Assembly (NCBI GenBank): GCA_963795085.1
Contig: CAWCFX010000002.1
Span: forward strand, 320,001 to 384,000
Length of the DNA stretch: 64,000 nucleotides
From: an uncultured Gemmatimonadales bacterium
GTDB lineage: Bacteria; Gemmatimonadota; Gemmatimonadetes; Gemmatimonadales; GWC2-71-9
Direction of reading: 5' to 3'
Positions 53,796 through 64,000 of the stretch are shown here, in pieces. How positions within the stretch are numbered: the stretch's first letter is position 1; each line of letters begins with the position of its first letter. The position numbers and the translations under genes were made by a program. A model generated the notes under the pieces. That model was not told where the DNA came from. It did not search any database and saw nothing but the letters and a program-made list of their open reading frames with translations.

Positions 53796-54958
53796 ACGAG
53801 CCGGCCTGGTTCGTCTCGGTGGCAGGGCGGGACCCCTCGGTGCCCCTGGCCCTGGCCGCGATCGCTTCGGCGGCCGGCCCCGGCGGTGAGGTGGCCCTCA
53901 ACGAGCTGGTCCGGGTCTACCGGGAAACCTATCTCCGGTGCTGCGCCGAGAGCGGCATCCCGGTGAGCCTGGAATTGTCGGGAGACCAGGTCCGCGCCAA
54001 CCTGACCAACTCGGTCCTCCCCCGCCTGGCCACGGAAGGGTTCGTGAGCCCGCTGGCCGATGAACGGGTACGGGCCCTCGGCGACTGGTGGACCGAGGTC
54101 TCCGCCGATCCTGAAGCCGGCCGGGCCTGGCTGCTGCAGCGGGCGGTCGAAGCCATGAAGCACGCCGGCTCGACCAGCGGCGCCCACCGCATCGTGGCGG
54201 GCCCGGTCAGCGTGCTGGAAGGCGTGGGACTCGGCAAGAGCTTCAAGCGGCGCAGAGTGGTGGACGATGTCTCGGTCCGGGTAGAGCAGGGGGAGATCGT
54301 CGGATTGCTGGGCCCCAACGGCGCCGGCAAGACCACCACCTTCTACCTGATCACCGGTCTGATCCGCCCCGATGCCGGCGAGGTCCGGCTGGACGGCACG
54401 GACCTGACCGGGTACCCGATGTACAAGCGGGCCCGGGCCGGCATCGGCTACCTGGCGCAGGAACCCTCGGTGTTCCGGAAAATGACTGTCGAGGAGAATA
54501 TCATCGCCATTCTGGAAACCATGCCGTTGACCCGGGACGAGCGGGCCCGCCGGCTGGAGACCATGCTGGACGAGTTGTCCATCAAGCATTTGCGGAAGGC
54601 CAGGGCATATTCCCTGAGCGGCGGCGAGCGCCGCCGGCTGGAGATCACCCGGGCGCTGGTGACCAGTCCCAAGTTCATGCTGCTGGATGAGCCGTTCGCC
54701 GGGGTGGACCCGATCGCCGTGCACGACATCCAGACCATCGTCGCCGGGCTGCGGCACCGCGGGCTGGGCGTCCTGATCACCGACCATAACGTGGAACAGA
54801 CCCTCGATATCGTGGATCGCGCATACATCATGTTTGAAGGCAAGGTGCAGGTATCCGGCTCCGTCCGCGAGCTGGTGTACGACGACCGGGTGGCCGAGCT
54901 GTATCTCGGCCCCACGCTGACGTCGCGGCTGCGCTCCCGACTGGAGGCTGTCGCGTGA
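53792..54958 (+). CDS. lptB: LPS export ABC ATPase LptB with ~135-aa N-terminal extension
   Basis: [40 protein letters not shown] and ITDHNV motifs; directly upstream of rpoN. Confidence 0.94.
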   Translation: MNEPAWFVSVAGRDPSVPLALAAIASAAGPGGEVALNELVRVYRETYLRCCAESGIPVSLELSGDQVRANLTNSVLPRLATEGFVSPLADERVRALGDWWTEVSADPEAGRAWLLQRAVEAMKHAGSTSGAHRIVAGPVSVLEGVGLGKSFKRRRVVDDVSVRVEQGEIVGLLGPNGAGKTTTFYLITGLIRPDAGEVRLDGTDLTGYPMYKRARAGIGYLAQEPSVFRKMTVEENIIAILETMPLTRDERARRLETMLDELSIKHLRKARAYSLSGGERRRLEITRALVTSPKFMLLDEPFAGVDPIAVHDIQTIVAGLRHRGLGVLITDHNVEQTLDIVDRAYIMFEGKVQVSGSVRELVYDDRVAELYLGPTLTSRLRSRLEAVA

Positions 54959-56469
54959 AAACCGGTCTCTCGCAGCACACCAGCCTCCGGCAGGACCTCC
55001 GGATCAATCCCCGGCTCTACCAGGCCATGGACATGCTGTACATGCCCATGATGGACCTGCAGCAGCACCTGAAACAGGAGCTGCTGGTCAACCCGTTCCT
55101 CGAGCTGCTGGAACCGGAGGAGGACGAAGGGCAGGACCAGGCCACCCAGGAGCAGCAGGAAAAGGAAGAGACCAAGAAAGAGGACGAGACCGACTGGGAA
55201 GAGATCCTCCTCAACGGGTTCGAAGTGGGCGGGATGAAGGAGCAGTACGAGGAAAAGGAGTACATCGAGCCGGTGACGGTGGAGACCCGGGACCTCCAGG
55301 ACCACCTGCGCGAGCAGTTGACCATGATGCACCTGACGCCGCGCCAGTTGCTGCTGGCCGAGGAATTCCTGGGCAATATCAAGGATGATGGTTACCTCGC
55401 CGCATCGCCCGAGGAGATCATCGGCAGCGTGAACGAGTTGATGCGGGGTTACACCGCCAGGTCGATCGACGCCGCCCCGGAGCTGGACGAGTTCGGCAAT
55501 GAAATCGAACCCGACCCGTCGCTCCCGGCCGAGGTGGTCCCCGAGTTCTACACCATGGCCGAAGTCGAGGAAATGCTCCACATCGTCCAGAAGCTGGACC
55601 CGCCCGGCGTGGGCGCCCGCGACCTGCGCGAGTGCCTCCTCCTCCAGATGCGGGAAATAACCGACACCGAGTCCCTCACCTACCGCCTGGTGGAGGAAGC
55701 CTTCCCGGATCTCATCGCCCACCGCTGGAACGACCTGGCCAAGCGCTTCAGCGTGGAGCCACAGGCGGTCCAGGCGGCCGCCGACCGGCTGGCCCAGTTC
55801 GATCCCAAGCCGGGCCTCAAGTATTCCGGCAAGGATGACGGGTACATCACGCCCGACCTCATCGTGGACAAGATCGACGGGCGCTATCACGTCTTCCTCA
55901 ACGACACCGGCTATCCGCGGCTCCGGCTCAGCCGCTCCTACCAGGAACTGGCGCGGGACAAGAAAAAACTCACGCCGGAAAACCGCGAGTTCATCGCCAC
56001 CAAGATGAACAGCGCCAACTGGATGATCCAGGCCCTGGAGCAGCGCCGGCAGACCATGCTCAAGGTCATGAACTTCATCGTGGACCGGCAGCGGGACTTC
56101 TTCGAGAAGGGCATCGAGCATCTCCGGCCGCTGACCCTGCGGGAGGTGGCCGAGGTCATCAACATGCACGAGTCCACCGTGAGCCGGGTGACCAACGAGA
56201 AATACGTCCAGACGCCCCGTGGCGTGCTGCCGCTCAAGTTCTTCTTCTCCAGCGCCCTCTCCACCACCTCGGGCGAAGATGCCAGCGCCCGCTCCATCCG
56301 GGCCAAGCTGCAGAAAATGGTGGGCGAGGAGAAAAGCTCCGGCCCGCTCACCGACCAGCAGATCGTCCAGCTCTTCCAGGAGCAGGGTATCCAGATCGCC
56401 CGGCGCACGGTGGCCAAGTACCGGGACCAGCTGGGGATCCTGCCGGCCCGGATGCGGAAACGGGTGTGA
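54955..56469 (+). CDS. rpoN: RNA polymerase sigma-54 factor
   Basis: [19 protein letters not shown] and RpoN box ARRTVAKYR. Confidence 0.97.
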   Translation: MKTGLSQHTSLRQDLRINPRLYQAMDMLYMPMMDLQQHLKQELLVNPFLELLEPEEDEGQDQATQEQQEKEETKKEDETDWEEILLNGFEVGGMKEQYEEKEYIEPVTVETRDLQDHLREQLTMMHLTPRQLLLAEEFLGNIKDDGYLAASPEEIIGSVNELMRGYTARSIDAAPELDEFGNEIEPDPSLPAEVVPEFYTMAEVEEMLHIVQKLDPPGVGARDLRECLLLQMREITDTESLTYRLVEEAFPDLIAHRWNDLAKRFSVEPQAVQAAADRLAQFDPKPGLKYSGKDDGYITPDLIVDKIDGRYHVFLNDTGYPRLRLSRSYQELARDKKKLTPENREFIATKMNSANWMIQALEQRRQTMLKVMNFIVDRQRDFFEKGIEHLRPLTLREVAEVINMHESTVSRVTNEKYVQTPRGVLPLKFFFSSALSTTSGEDASARSIRAKLQKMVGEEKSSGPLTDQQIVQLFQEQGIQIARRTVAKYRDQLGILPARMRKRV

Positions 56470-57425
56470 CCGCCGTCGCCCGGCCGGACGGGGTGGACGT
56501 CAGCGTCCTGGTCCCGGCCAAGGACGAAGCCGAGAACCTCCCGGAGTTCGTCCGGCTCTGCGCCGAGGCGCTGGGGCCCGCGCCGTTCAGCTTCGAGGTG
56601 GTGGTGGTCAACGATGGTTCGCGCGATGGAACCGCGCAGGTCCTCGAGGACCTGTCCCGCGCGCACGGGTTCCTGCGGGTGGTCACCCACCGGCGCCAGC
56701 GGGGCATCGCCGACGCCCTGCGCTCCGCCGGCGAGGCCGCGGCGGGCGATGTCTTCGTCTTCTACCCGGCCGACCTGCAGTACCTGCCCCAGGATATCCC
56801 CCCGCTGGTGGCACCCATCCTCGCCGACCAGGCCGATATCGTCACCGGCACCAAGCAGGGCAAGTACGAAAAGGCGTTTGTCTCCGGTATCTACAACCGG
56901 CTCTGCCGGCTGCTGTTCGGCGTCAACGTCACGGACCTGAACTCGGTCAAGGCGTACCGGCGCGAAATCATGGCTGGCCAGCCGCTCCGGCCCGACTGGC
57001 ACCGGTACATGGTGGTGATTGCCGCCGCCGACGGCTTCCGGCTCACGTCTCAGCCGGTGCCACTCTATCCCCGCCGCGCCGGCACCTCCAAGTTCACCTG
57101 GCGGCGGATTCCGGTCGGGGTGCTCGACCTGCTCTCGGTCTGGTTCCAGCTCAAGTTCGGCCGCAAGCCGCTGCTCTTCTTCGGGGTCCTTGGCGCCGTC
57201 CTCTTCTCCATCGGGTTCCTGGCCGGCGTAGCCGGGCTGGTGCTCCGCTATGGGTACGGCATCGGGTTCCGGCCACTGCTCAACCTGGTCGAAACCATGG
57301 TAATCAGCGGGATCGCCCTGTTCGGCTTTGGCTTCGTGGGCGAGATGGTGGCAGGCATGCGGGAGGAAACGAGAGAATTGGCCCGGGAGGTCCGTGCGAA
57401 CGGCAGTCCCCCGAAATCGGAGTGA
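56466..57425 (+). CDS. Glycosyltransferase family 2 (ArnC/polyprenol-phosphate GT-like) with two C-terminal TM helices
   Basis: VPAKDE, VNDGSRDGT, ADLQY and R.AG.SKF motifs. Confidence 0.88.
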   Translation: MTAVARPDGVDVSVLVPAKDEAENLPEFVRLCAEALGPAPFSFEVVVVNDGSRDGTAQVLEDLSRAHGFLRVVTHRRQRGIADALRSAGEAAAGDVFVFYPADLQYLPQDIPPLVAPILADQADIVTGTKQGKYEKAFVSGIYNRLCRLLFGVNVTDLNSVKAYRREIMAGQPLRPDWHRYMVVIAAADGFRLTSQPVPLYPRRAGTSKFTWRRIPVGVLDLLSVWFQLKFGRKPLLFFGVLGAVLFSIGFLAGVAGLVLRYGYGIGFRPLLNLVETMVISGIALFGFGFVGEMVAGMREETRELAREVRANGSPPKSE

Positions 57426-57749
57426 GGCGTTCGTACCCACCATACCTGTCGGCATTAAAAGCCTCTCAGCACTGACGAGGACATTTCGTTTGGGCGCCCG
57501 CCCAGACCCAGGGATTGCCTTGCCACGTCGGGCGTTCTCAATCCCCGTTTTTAGTCCACCAAGCGTCTCAGAAGGGAACTCCAGCGCAGGCCCTTCACCC
57601 TAGACATTCGTGACGTCCTAAGGCATTGGTGACATGATGGAATTACGCCTCAGTCCTTGTCGGATGGATTCACGTCCCTTGCGGAATGCGATTTCGGCAG
57701 ATATGCTGGGAAATCGATCCTTCGGCAACCTCAAGCCAATAGAGCTAGC

Positions 57750-59183
57750 ATGGGAATCCGCCGGGTCTGGCGTGCGATCGCATTAAGCCTCACTCTTTCC
57801 TGCGGCGGAGCGGATGGAGGCGGCGGAGGTGGACCCAGCAATACCCTTGTGGTTACACCCCAGGTTCTCAACCTCCTCGATTGCGAAATTGATCAGATCT
57901 CGGCGACTCTCCATGACGGGGATGGGAACCCTGTCGTGGGAGCAACCTTTGTCTATAACTCCACCGCGCCGGGGGTCGCGACAATAGCTGGAGGCACCGT
58001 GACGGCGGTGTCAGTGGGATCGGCCAACATCATCGTCACCAGCGGCCAGTTGGCGGATACGGTGGTCGTGACCGTTGCCTCGGCGCCGAACACCTTGGCC
58101 ATCAATCCGGACTCTCTCGCCGTATTCGAAGGCGTCAGCCGACAGGTGTTACCCACCTTCCTCACATGCCATGGCGGGGCCCCGGTAGGGTCCCCGCTCA
58201 CTTATCAATCCAATGATCCACTGATCGCGACGTATGTCGCGGGGACTTTCACGGCCATCGATCCGGGAACCACGACCCTCACCGTAACTGATGGAACCGT
58301 GAGTGATTCTTTCAAGCTGACGGTGCGGCATACCCCGGTCCTGACCGGTTCTCCGTTGGTCGGAAGCCGTCCGTTTGGGATCGCGGCATCGGCGACCCGG
58401 GCATACGTTACACGGCTGGACGCGGCTGCCGTTTCAGCTGCCCTCTTGCCCGGATCCGCCTTCGATCCGACCGGTTTTGCGGTGGGGTCCATCCCGACTG
58501 ACGTGGCCTTCAGTCCTTCCGGGCTCAAGGCTTACGTTACCAATCAGGGTGACAACACGATTGGCGTGATCGATGTCACGTCCGCGACGCAGACCGACAC
58601 CATCCAGACCGGGGGCTCTCCCCTGCGGGTACTGTTCAACGTCACGGGAGACCGGGCTTTTGTGACCACCACCGCGGGCCAAATGCACGTCATCAACACC
58701 ACAACTGACGCAATCATCGCAACCGTCCCGGTCCAGGGGACGCCCAACGGGATGGTCTTCAGCAACGACGGCAGCCGGCTCTACGTCAGTCACACAGGCG
58801 GCAATATTCATGTCATCGATGCCCTCTCCTACGTCCCTACCGACACCTTGTTCCTCGGGGGAACTCTGCAGGACATCGGAATGTCAGCCGATGGGCTGAC
58901 TCTGTATATCGCCGACGAGAACGGCTTCATTCGGCACTGGAACCTGGTGGCAGACAACGTGACACTTTCGCAACCAATTGCCGGTTTCGGGTTGAAAGTC
59001 GCTCCCAACAAGCACCTGATTTACGTGGCAAGTGGAGGAACGGTAACACTGATTGATGCAGCCTCCCACGAGGTCGTGAATTCTATTATCGTGGGCGGTA
59101 ACGCACGGCGGATTGCTTTTAGCCCCGATGGACTCACGGCCTTCGTGGCGAATGAAGGGGGGTATGTCAGCGTGATTCAGTAG
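57750..59183 (+). CDS. Lipoprotein with two Ig-like (Big_2-like) domains and a YncE/YVTN beta-propeller
   Basis: Lipobox LTLSC, Gly linker, S..PGVATI..GTVTAV, P.DVAFSP...AYVTN and RRIAFSPDG motifs; ATG at 57750 inferred. Confidence 0.8.
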   Translation: MGIRRVWRAIALSLTLSCGGADGGGGGGPSNTLVVTPQVLNLLDCEIDQISATLHDGDGNPVVGATFVYNSTAPGVATIAGGTVTAVSVGSANIIVTSGQLADTVVVTVASAPNTLAINPDSLAVFEGVSRQVLPTFLTCHGGAPVGSPLTYQSNDPLIATYVAGTFTAIDPGTTTLTVTDGTVSDSFKLTVRHTPVLTGSPLVGSRPFGIAASATRAYVTRLDAAAVSAALLPGSAFDPTGFAVGSIPTDVAFSPSGLKAYVTNQGDNTIGVIDVTSATQTDTIQTGGSPLRVLFNVTGDRAFVTTTAGQMHVINTTTDAIIATVPVQGTPNGMVFSNDGSRLYVSHTGGNIHVIDALSYVPTDTLFLGGTLQDIGMSADGLTLYIADENGFIRHWNLVADNVTLSQPIAGFGLKVAPNKHLIYVASGGTVTLIDAASHEVVNSIIVGGNARRIAFSPDGLTAFVANEGGYVSVIQ

Positions 59184-59294
59184 TCGTGGCCCCCTCATAC
59201 CGCCGAAATGTCGGCGGCAGCCGGATGGCGGTGGTAGCGAACGGCAGTACCACGTCTAGGGTGGCAATCCAGTAGTCTCAATCCACGGAGCCAC

Positions 59295-60293
59295 ATGGCA
59301 TCTCCCCTGATTCAGAACGCGTTCGCTATAGCGTGCCTGGTACTCGCTGCATGTAGCACCAGCCCGGGAGAGCCGGATGTCGATCTGGATGACGCCAGCG
59401 AAGGTTTCGGGCTCGAAGCCGCCGCAACCCATCCGGCCGGCGTGGTCGCGGCCACCGTGCCGCTGGGTTCCCGGCCATTCGGAATAGCAGTCTCCCGGGA
59501 ACGCGCCTACTACGTCACCAGGCTCGATGCGGCAGCCATGGCGCGGGGAACCTTCCCGGGTATGTCCTTCCCCGGCTCCGTCGCGGTAGGGACCATTCCG
59601 ACCAACGTGACTTTTAACCCGGGTGCAACCAGGGCCTACGTGACCAACCAGTTCGATGGTGCGGTTGGAATCGTGGACGTCGCGACCAACACCCAGATCG
59701 GAACGATCTCGATCGGTGGAAATCCTTTCTTCTCCCTGGTCAATGCCAGCGCGACTCGACTCTACGTGAGCAACAACGCCAACACGGTCGCGGTGGTGAA
59801 CCTGGCGAACAACACGGTGGTGACGGCGATACCCATGCCGGGCGCACCCAACGGAATGGCCTTCAGCAAGAACGGTACGCGGTTGTACGTGAGCGTTCCT
59901 GTGGCGGGGGCCGTGGTTGAAATAAACACCACCACGAATGCCGCGACCCGGACCTTCAACATTGGCGGCATTCCCCAGGATCTGGCAGTCGTCAACGGTG
60001 AGTTGTGGGTGGCCAATGAAGCCGGCTCTCTGGACGTGATCACCCTGAGCAGTGGAGCCCTGGCGACCAGCATTCCGCTGCCTGCTGGGGGCTTCGGGTT
60101 GGCTGTTTCGCCCGATCTGGCGCAGGTCTACGTCACCCAGCCTGGGGGGTACCTGACAGTCGTGAATCGGGTGGCGAGGGCCGTGATTACCACGCTTACC
60201 CTGGGCGGGACACCGCGGAAAGTCGCTTTCAACGGGCCGGGAACGCTGGCTATTGTCGCAAACGAGGCGGGCTGGGTGGACTTCATCAACTAG
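59295..60293 (+). CDS. YncE/YVTN beta-propeller lipoprotein
   Basis: Lipobox VLAAC; repeated P.G.A.S..G.RLYV blades. Confidence 0.82.
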   Translation: MASPLIQNAFAIACLVLAACSTSPGEPDVDLDDASEGFGLEAAATHPAGVVAATVPLGSRPFGIAVSRERAYYVTRLDAAAMARGTFPGMSFPGSVAVGTIPTNVTFNPGATRAYVTNQFDGAVGIVDVATNTQIGTISIGGNPFFSLVNASATRLYVSNNANTVAVVNLANNTVVTAIPMPGAPNGMAFSKNGTRLYVSVPVAGAVVEINTTTNAATRTFNIGGIPQDLAVVNGELWVANEAGSLDVITLSSGALATSIPLPAGGFGLAVSPDLAQVYVTQPGGYLTVVNRVARAVITTLTLGGTPRKVAFNGPGTLAIVANEAGWVDFIN

Positions 60294-60343
60294 GAAGCCC
60301 GCAACCTTCTCCCCCGGCTCAAGGTGCACTAGCTTCCCGGTCC

Positions 60344-61525
60344 ATGCGCATCCTGGTGGTCACCCATAACTACCCCCGCTTTCCTGGCGACCCGGCGGGG
60401 GCTTTTGTTGCCCGGATCGCACGCGGCGCGGCCGGGCAGGGGATGGACGTTTCGGTTCTGGCGCCGCATGCACCCGGCACCGCCGAGCAGGAAGAGGACG
60501 GGCCGGTCACACTGCGCCGGTTCCGCTACGGACCCGAGTCCCTGGAACGGGTGGCCTACACCGGCGACCTGCACCGCAGCACCCTCCGCTCACCCCTGGC
60601 GGCCCTGGCCTTCCCGGCCTTCCTGCTGGCCTTCCGGCGGGCAATTCGCCGGGCGGTCCTTAACTTCGCCCCGGACGTGGTGCATGCCCATTGGTGGATA
60701 CCCGGAGGCTGGCTTGCCTCGAAGACCGGAATCCCTTTCATCGTGACCTGCCACGGGAGCGATGTCCGCCTCCTCGAAAAATGGGGCCCTTTGCGCCGCC
60801 TGGCCCGGCCGGTCTTCGCACGGGCCGCCGCCATCACCACCGTCTCGGTGTTCCTGGCCCAGGACCTTCGCCGGCTCTTGAAGATGGACCTGGCCCACCT
60901 CGTCGTGCGGCCCATGCCGGTGGATACCGATTGGTTCGCATCCGGCCGGGATGTCGCGCGAGCCACCCCGCCCCGGATCCTCTACGCCGGCAACCTGGTG
61001 CCCAGCAAGGGCGTGGATGTGCTGATCCGTGCCTACGCGCTGCTCCGCCACCGGGGCGTCGACTGCGGGTTGCGCATCCTGGGCGAAGGGCCGGAACTCC
61101 CCGCCCTGCGCCGGCTGGCTCAGTCCCTCGGCGCCGCCGATATCCAATGGTCCGGCTTCGTCCCCCAGGCCAGGATGCCCGAGGAGTACGGGCAGAGCAG
61201 CGTGACGGTCCTTCCCACCCGGGGTGATGCCGAAGGCCTGGGATTGACCCTGGTGGAAGCGCTGCTGGCCGGGTCGGCGGTCGTGGGCACCCGCGCCGGC
61301 GGGATCCCCGAGGTCATCCAGCACGAGGTGACCGGGCTCCTGGTCGAGGAATCGGTCGAGAGCCTGGCCGATGCCCTGCAGCGCCTGCTCGCCGATCCGG
61401 CCCTCCGCACCAGGCTGGGTCTCGCCGGCCAGGCGCACGCCAAATCCCGCTTCTCGGCCCCGGCAGCCATCGACGCCTTCATGGCGCTCTATCACGATGT
61501 CGCTCAGCATAACCCGGTCCACTGA
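60344..61525 (+). CDS. Glycosyltransferase family 4
   Basis: VHAHWW, CHGSD, KGVDVL and EGLGLTLVEA (E-x7-E) motifs. Confidence 0.9.
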   Translation: MRILVVTHNYPRFPGDPAGAFVARIARGAAGQGMDVSVLAPHAPGTAEQEEDGPVTLRRFRYGPESLERVAYTGDLHRSTLRSPLAALAFPAFLLAFRRAIRRAVLNFAPDVVHAHWWIPGGWLASKTGIPFIVTCHGSDVRLLEKWGPLRRLARPVFARAAAITTVSVFLAQDLRRLLKMDLAHLVVRPMPVDTDWFASGRDVARATPPRILYAGNLVPSKGVDVLIRAYALLRHRGVDCGLRILGEGPELPALRRLAQSLGAADIQWSGFVPQARMPEEYGQSSVTVLPTRGDAEGLGLTLVEALLAGSAVVGTRAGGIPEVIQHEVTGLLVEESVESLADALQRLLADPALRTRLGLAGQAHAKSRFSAPAAIDAFMALYHDVAQHNPVH

Positions 61526-62543
61526 GCCGCCCGAGTCCTGGGCGACGCTGGCCCGGGAGCGGGGGCGGTTCTATCACCACCCCCTGTGGGTGACGCTGCT
61601 GGCGCGCACCTACCGCTACCCGCTGCATTGCCTGACCGCGATGCGGGAGGGCCACGCCGTCGGGGCCCTCGCACTGGCCGAAGTCCCCGGCATCCTCGGC
61701 CGCCGCCGTCTCGTCAGCCTGCCATTCAGCTACGCGGCGGGTCCCGTCGCCGAGAGCGAGGCAGCCGAGCGCCTCCTGGTGCACTCGGCGCGGGAGGTGG
61801 CGGAGTCGGGCAGGGTGGCCCGACTCGAGATCAAACAGCGTGCGCCTCTCGCACCGGAGCCGGCCGGCGGACTGCAGCGGGTCCAGCATTACTCCACCTA
61901 CCTGCTCGATACCTCCGGCGGAGAAAGCCGGGTCTGGGAGCGATTCCACGCCGGCAGCACCCGTCGCGGTATCCGGAAAGCGGAAAAGGAGGGGGTACAG
62001 GTCGTTCGCGGGACTTCCGCCGAGGACTGGTTGATCATGGCCCGGCTGGAAGAAGAAACCGCCCATCGCCACGGCGTGCCCGCGCCCCCCCGGCGATTCT
62101 TCCTGGAGGCGTGTCCGGCGCTCCAGGCCGCGGGCCTGGCCGATCTCTATCTCGCGCGGCTCGCCACCGGTGCCACCGCGGCCGGCATTGTCGTCTGGAA
62201 AGGTCCCCGGGAGTGGATCTACGCCTACGGCGCCTCCCGGCCGGAAACGTTGCCGTCCCGTCCCAATCACATCCTGCTCTGGACCGCCATCAAGGATGCC
62301 ATGCAGGCGGAAGTCTGGTTCGATTTCGGTCGCGCCGCCCCCGAGCAACAGGGGCTGGTCGAGTTCAAGCTGCGCTGGGGTGGACAGCCGGTTCCCCTTT
62401 CATATGATTATTGGCCTCGACCGGGTGGGCTCAATGTTGCCGATCGCTCCACCGGCGGACTGGCCCTCGCCGCCGGTCTCTGGTCGCGCCTGCCTGCACG
62501 TCTCACCGGGGCCGGCTCATTTCTCTATCGCTACCTGGGGTAA
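61497..62543 (+). CDS. GNAT-fold FemAB/CelD-like protein
   Basis: FYHHP.W, LVSLPFS, RR.IRKAEK.G and FDFGR...GL..FK..WG motifs. Confidence 0.8.
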   Translation: MSLSITRSTEPPESWATLARERGRFYHHPLWVTLLARTYRYPLHCLTAMREGHAVGALALAEVPGILGRRRLVSLPFSYAAGPVAESEAAERLLVHSAREVAESGRVARLEIKQRAPLAPEPAGGLQRVQHYSTYLLDTSGGESRVWERFHAGSTRRGIRKAEKEGVQVVRGTSAEDWLIMARLEEETAHRHGVPAPPRRFFLEACPALQAAGLADLYLARLATGATAAGIVVWKGPREWIYAYGASRPETLPSRPNHILLWTAIKDAMQAEVWFDFGRAAPEQQGLVEFKLRWGGQPVPLSYDYWPRPGGLNVADRSTGGLALAAGLWSRLPARLTGAGSFLYRYLG

Positions 62544-62546
62544 CGG

Positions 62547-63014
62547 GTGTCATACCTCCTGCGCCGGATCCGGAAAAAGGTGCTGAAGCGCTGGGCCCGG
62601 AATGCATTCTTTCCCGGCTGGCGGGTAACCCTGCTCCGGTGGTGCGGCGTCACCATCGGACGGGACGTGTACATCGCCGACGATTTCATCCTGGTCGAGG
62701 AGCTGGCAGGCGATGACCGGGTGGTCATCGGAGACCGGGTCAGCGTCGCCCCCCGGGTCACCTTGGTGACATCGTCCCATCCCAACAACTCCCGGATCCG
62801 GGAGTTCGCTCCCGTAACCCGGGGACCGGTGACCATCGAGGCAGACGCCTGGATCGGCGCCGGGGCCATCATTCTGCCCGGTGTCACCGTGGGTCGCGGG
62901 GCGGTGGTCGGCGCCCTCAGTGTGGTGGCGGCCGATGTCGCTCCACTCACCGTCGTCGCGGGCCAGCCCGCCCGGGCCATCCGGGTCCTCAACCCACCGC
63001 CCGGCTGGTCGTGA
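62547..63014 (+). CDS. Hexapeptide-repeat (left-handed beta-helix) O-acyltransferase
   Basis: AWIGAGAIILPGVTVG..AVVGA.SVV..DV and AGQPAR motifs. Confidence 0.88.
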   Translation: MSYLLRRIRKKVLKRWARNAFFPGWRVTLLRWCGVTIGRDVYIADDFILVEELAGDDRVVIGDRVSVAPRVTLVTSSHPNNSRIREFAPVTRGPVTIEADAWIGAGAIILPGVTVGRGAVVGALSVVAADVAPLTVVAGQPARAIRVLNPPPGWS

Positions 63015-64000
63015 TCGACATCCGGGCCGCGCGCTCCCGCCTCTCACCGCTCGAGCAGTTTGGTCTCATGGTGCTGGTGGACCTCTCCGGGCTGCTGCCG
63101 GTGGAGGGATCGCCGGCTCCGGTGGTCCGCCTTGAGTTGGCCGAGTCCGGGGAGGCCCAGGACTGGGCGCCGCCGGTTCTCGCGGGGAGCGATGGCGCCG
63201 TCACCGTGGAGCGGGCTACGCTCCGCAAGGCGGGGGCCCTGGCCGGCGCCGTGGCCGAGCAGGAGAGCACCGCGAGGGACCGGCATGGCCGCGTCCCCTC
63301 CTCGGAGAATCCGCTGGTCCGCGCCGGCCAGGAGCGCTCGCCCTGGGTCAGCCGCGCCGCCCGGTCCCTGCGGGAGGCTGTGCTCTCCCATGCGGGCGGA
63401 CGACCGGTGCGCACCATTGCTCCCTGGCCCGGGGGCCGCCGCTGGGCCGCGGCCTTCACCCATGACCTCGATGTCGCCCGGCTCTGGCCCCTCTTCACCG
63501 GCCAGCGGCTGTTCGAGCTGGGCCGGAAGCGACAACTCGCCAGGATCGCCCGCGTCTTGCGAACCCTCCCCGGTTCGTTCATCGGCAACCCGGTGCGAGC
63601 CGGGGTCGAGGAGATTCTCGCGATCGAAGCGGAACACGGCGTTGCGTCCACCTGGTTTGTCATCGCCGGAGTCCCGTCCATCCGCTCCACCCTGCAGGGA
63701 GACGTGACCTACTCGGTGGAGACACCGGAAACCCGGCGGCTGCTCGCCTCCGTCGCCGCGGCAGGCCACGAGATCGGGCTGCATGGCAGCTTCGCGACCT
63801 GGCAGGACGGGGCGGTCATGGCCGGCGAAACCGATCGCCTCCGGGCGGCCGCCGGCGTCCCGGTGACGGGCATTCGGCAGCATTTCCTGCGCATGCGCCC
63901 CGGGATAACCCAGCGGGCGATGCAGCAAGCGGGGTTCAGCTACGATGCGACCTACGGGTTCCCCGACCGGAACGGGTTTCGGCTCGGCGCCGCCGACATC
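63011..64000 (+). CDS. Polysaccharide deacetylase-like (CE4/NodB-type) protein, 3' truncated by window
   Basis: Translated by hand from GTG 63011 (absent from the ORF track because no stop is reached): PWPGGRRWAAAFTHDLD, EIGLHGS, GIRQHFLR and YDATYGF. Confidence 0.8.
   Translation, partial: MIDIRAARSRLSPLEQFGLMVLVDLSGLLPVEGSPAPVVRLELAESGEAQDWAPPVLAGSDGAVTVERATLRKAGALAGAVAEQESTARDRHGRVPSSENPLVRAGQERSPWVSRAARSLREAVLSHAGGRPVRTIAPWPGGRRWAAAFTHDLDVARLWPLFTGQRLFELGRKRQLARIARVLRTLPGSFIGNPVRAGVEEILAIEAEHGVASTWFVIAGVPSIRSTLQGDVTYSVETPETRRLLASVAAAGHEIGLHGSFATWQDGAVMAGETDRLRAAAGVPVTGIRQHFLRMRPGITQRAMQQAGFSYDATYGFPDRNGFRLGAADI

Noticed and set aside
57472..57495. Hammerhead ribozyme core (CTGACGAG; also at ~27186)
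   Set aside because: No GAAA after the putative stem II and no stems I/III could be built

Overview
High-GC, gene-dense bacterial chromosomal window with almost all genes on the + strand. Gene content (diderm Kdo/Lpt genes, futalosine menaquinone pathway, HprK plus mannose-family PTS, many Ig/beta-propeller lipoproteins) suggests Gemmatimonadota in the FCB group; this is an inference. Core blocks in order: ribD-ribE-ribBA-ribH-nusB-GT4-hpf-hprK-PTS IIA/B/C/D-HPr-EI; metK-ahcY; a cobalamin riboswitch heading btuFCD, a TonB-dependent receptor and a beta-propeller lipoprotein; recO-selB; clpB-tadA; tRNA-Ser(CGA); mqnE-mqnA-mqnC-ispF-dedA/terB-xerD; kdsB-pyrG-kdsA-kdsC-kdsD-lptC-lptA-lptB-rpoN; and the start of a glycan-modification cluster. 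Three patches of lower-GC lipoprotein genes are interspersed. No CRISPR array, rRNA, transposase or phage gene was recognised. Best leads: (1) strong enrichment of the Bacteroidota-type O-glycosylation sequon D-(S/T)-(A/I/L/V/M/T) in exported but not cytoplasmic proteins; (2) LptB with an extra ~135-aa winged-helix-like N-terminal domain; (3) a BtuB plus BtuG-like lipoprotein B12 capture operon; (4) a DedA-TerB fusion; (5) a stand-alone T9SS-CTD/FlgD-like protein; (6) short tandem repeats placed just after stop codons, including a perfect (GCACGCT)14 array abutting the tRNA; (7) probable CTG starts. The apparent RecO-SelB fusion and the fragmented TPR gene are best explained by frameshifts, possibly assembly errors. 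All family calls come from motif recognition by eye, with no database searches.
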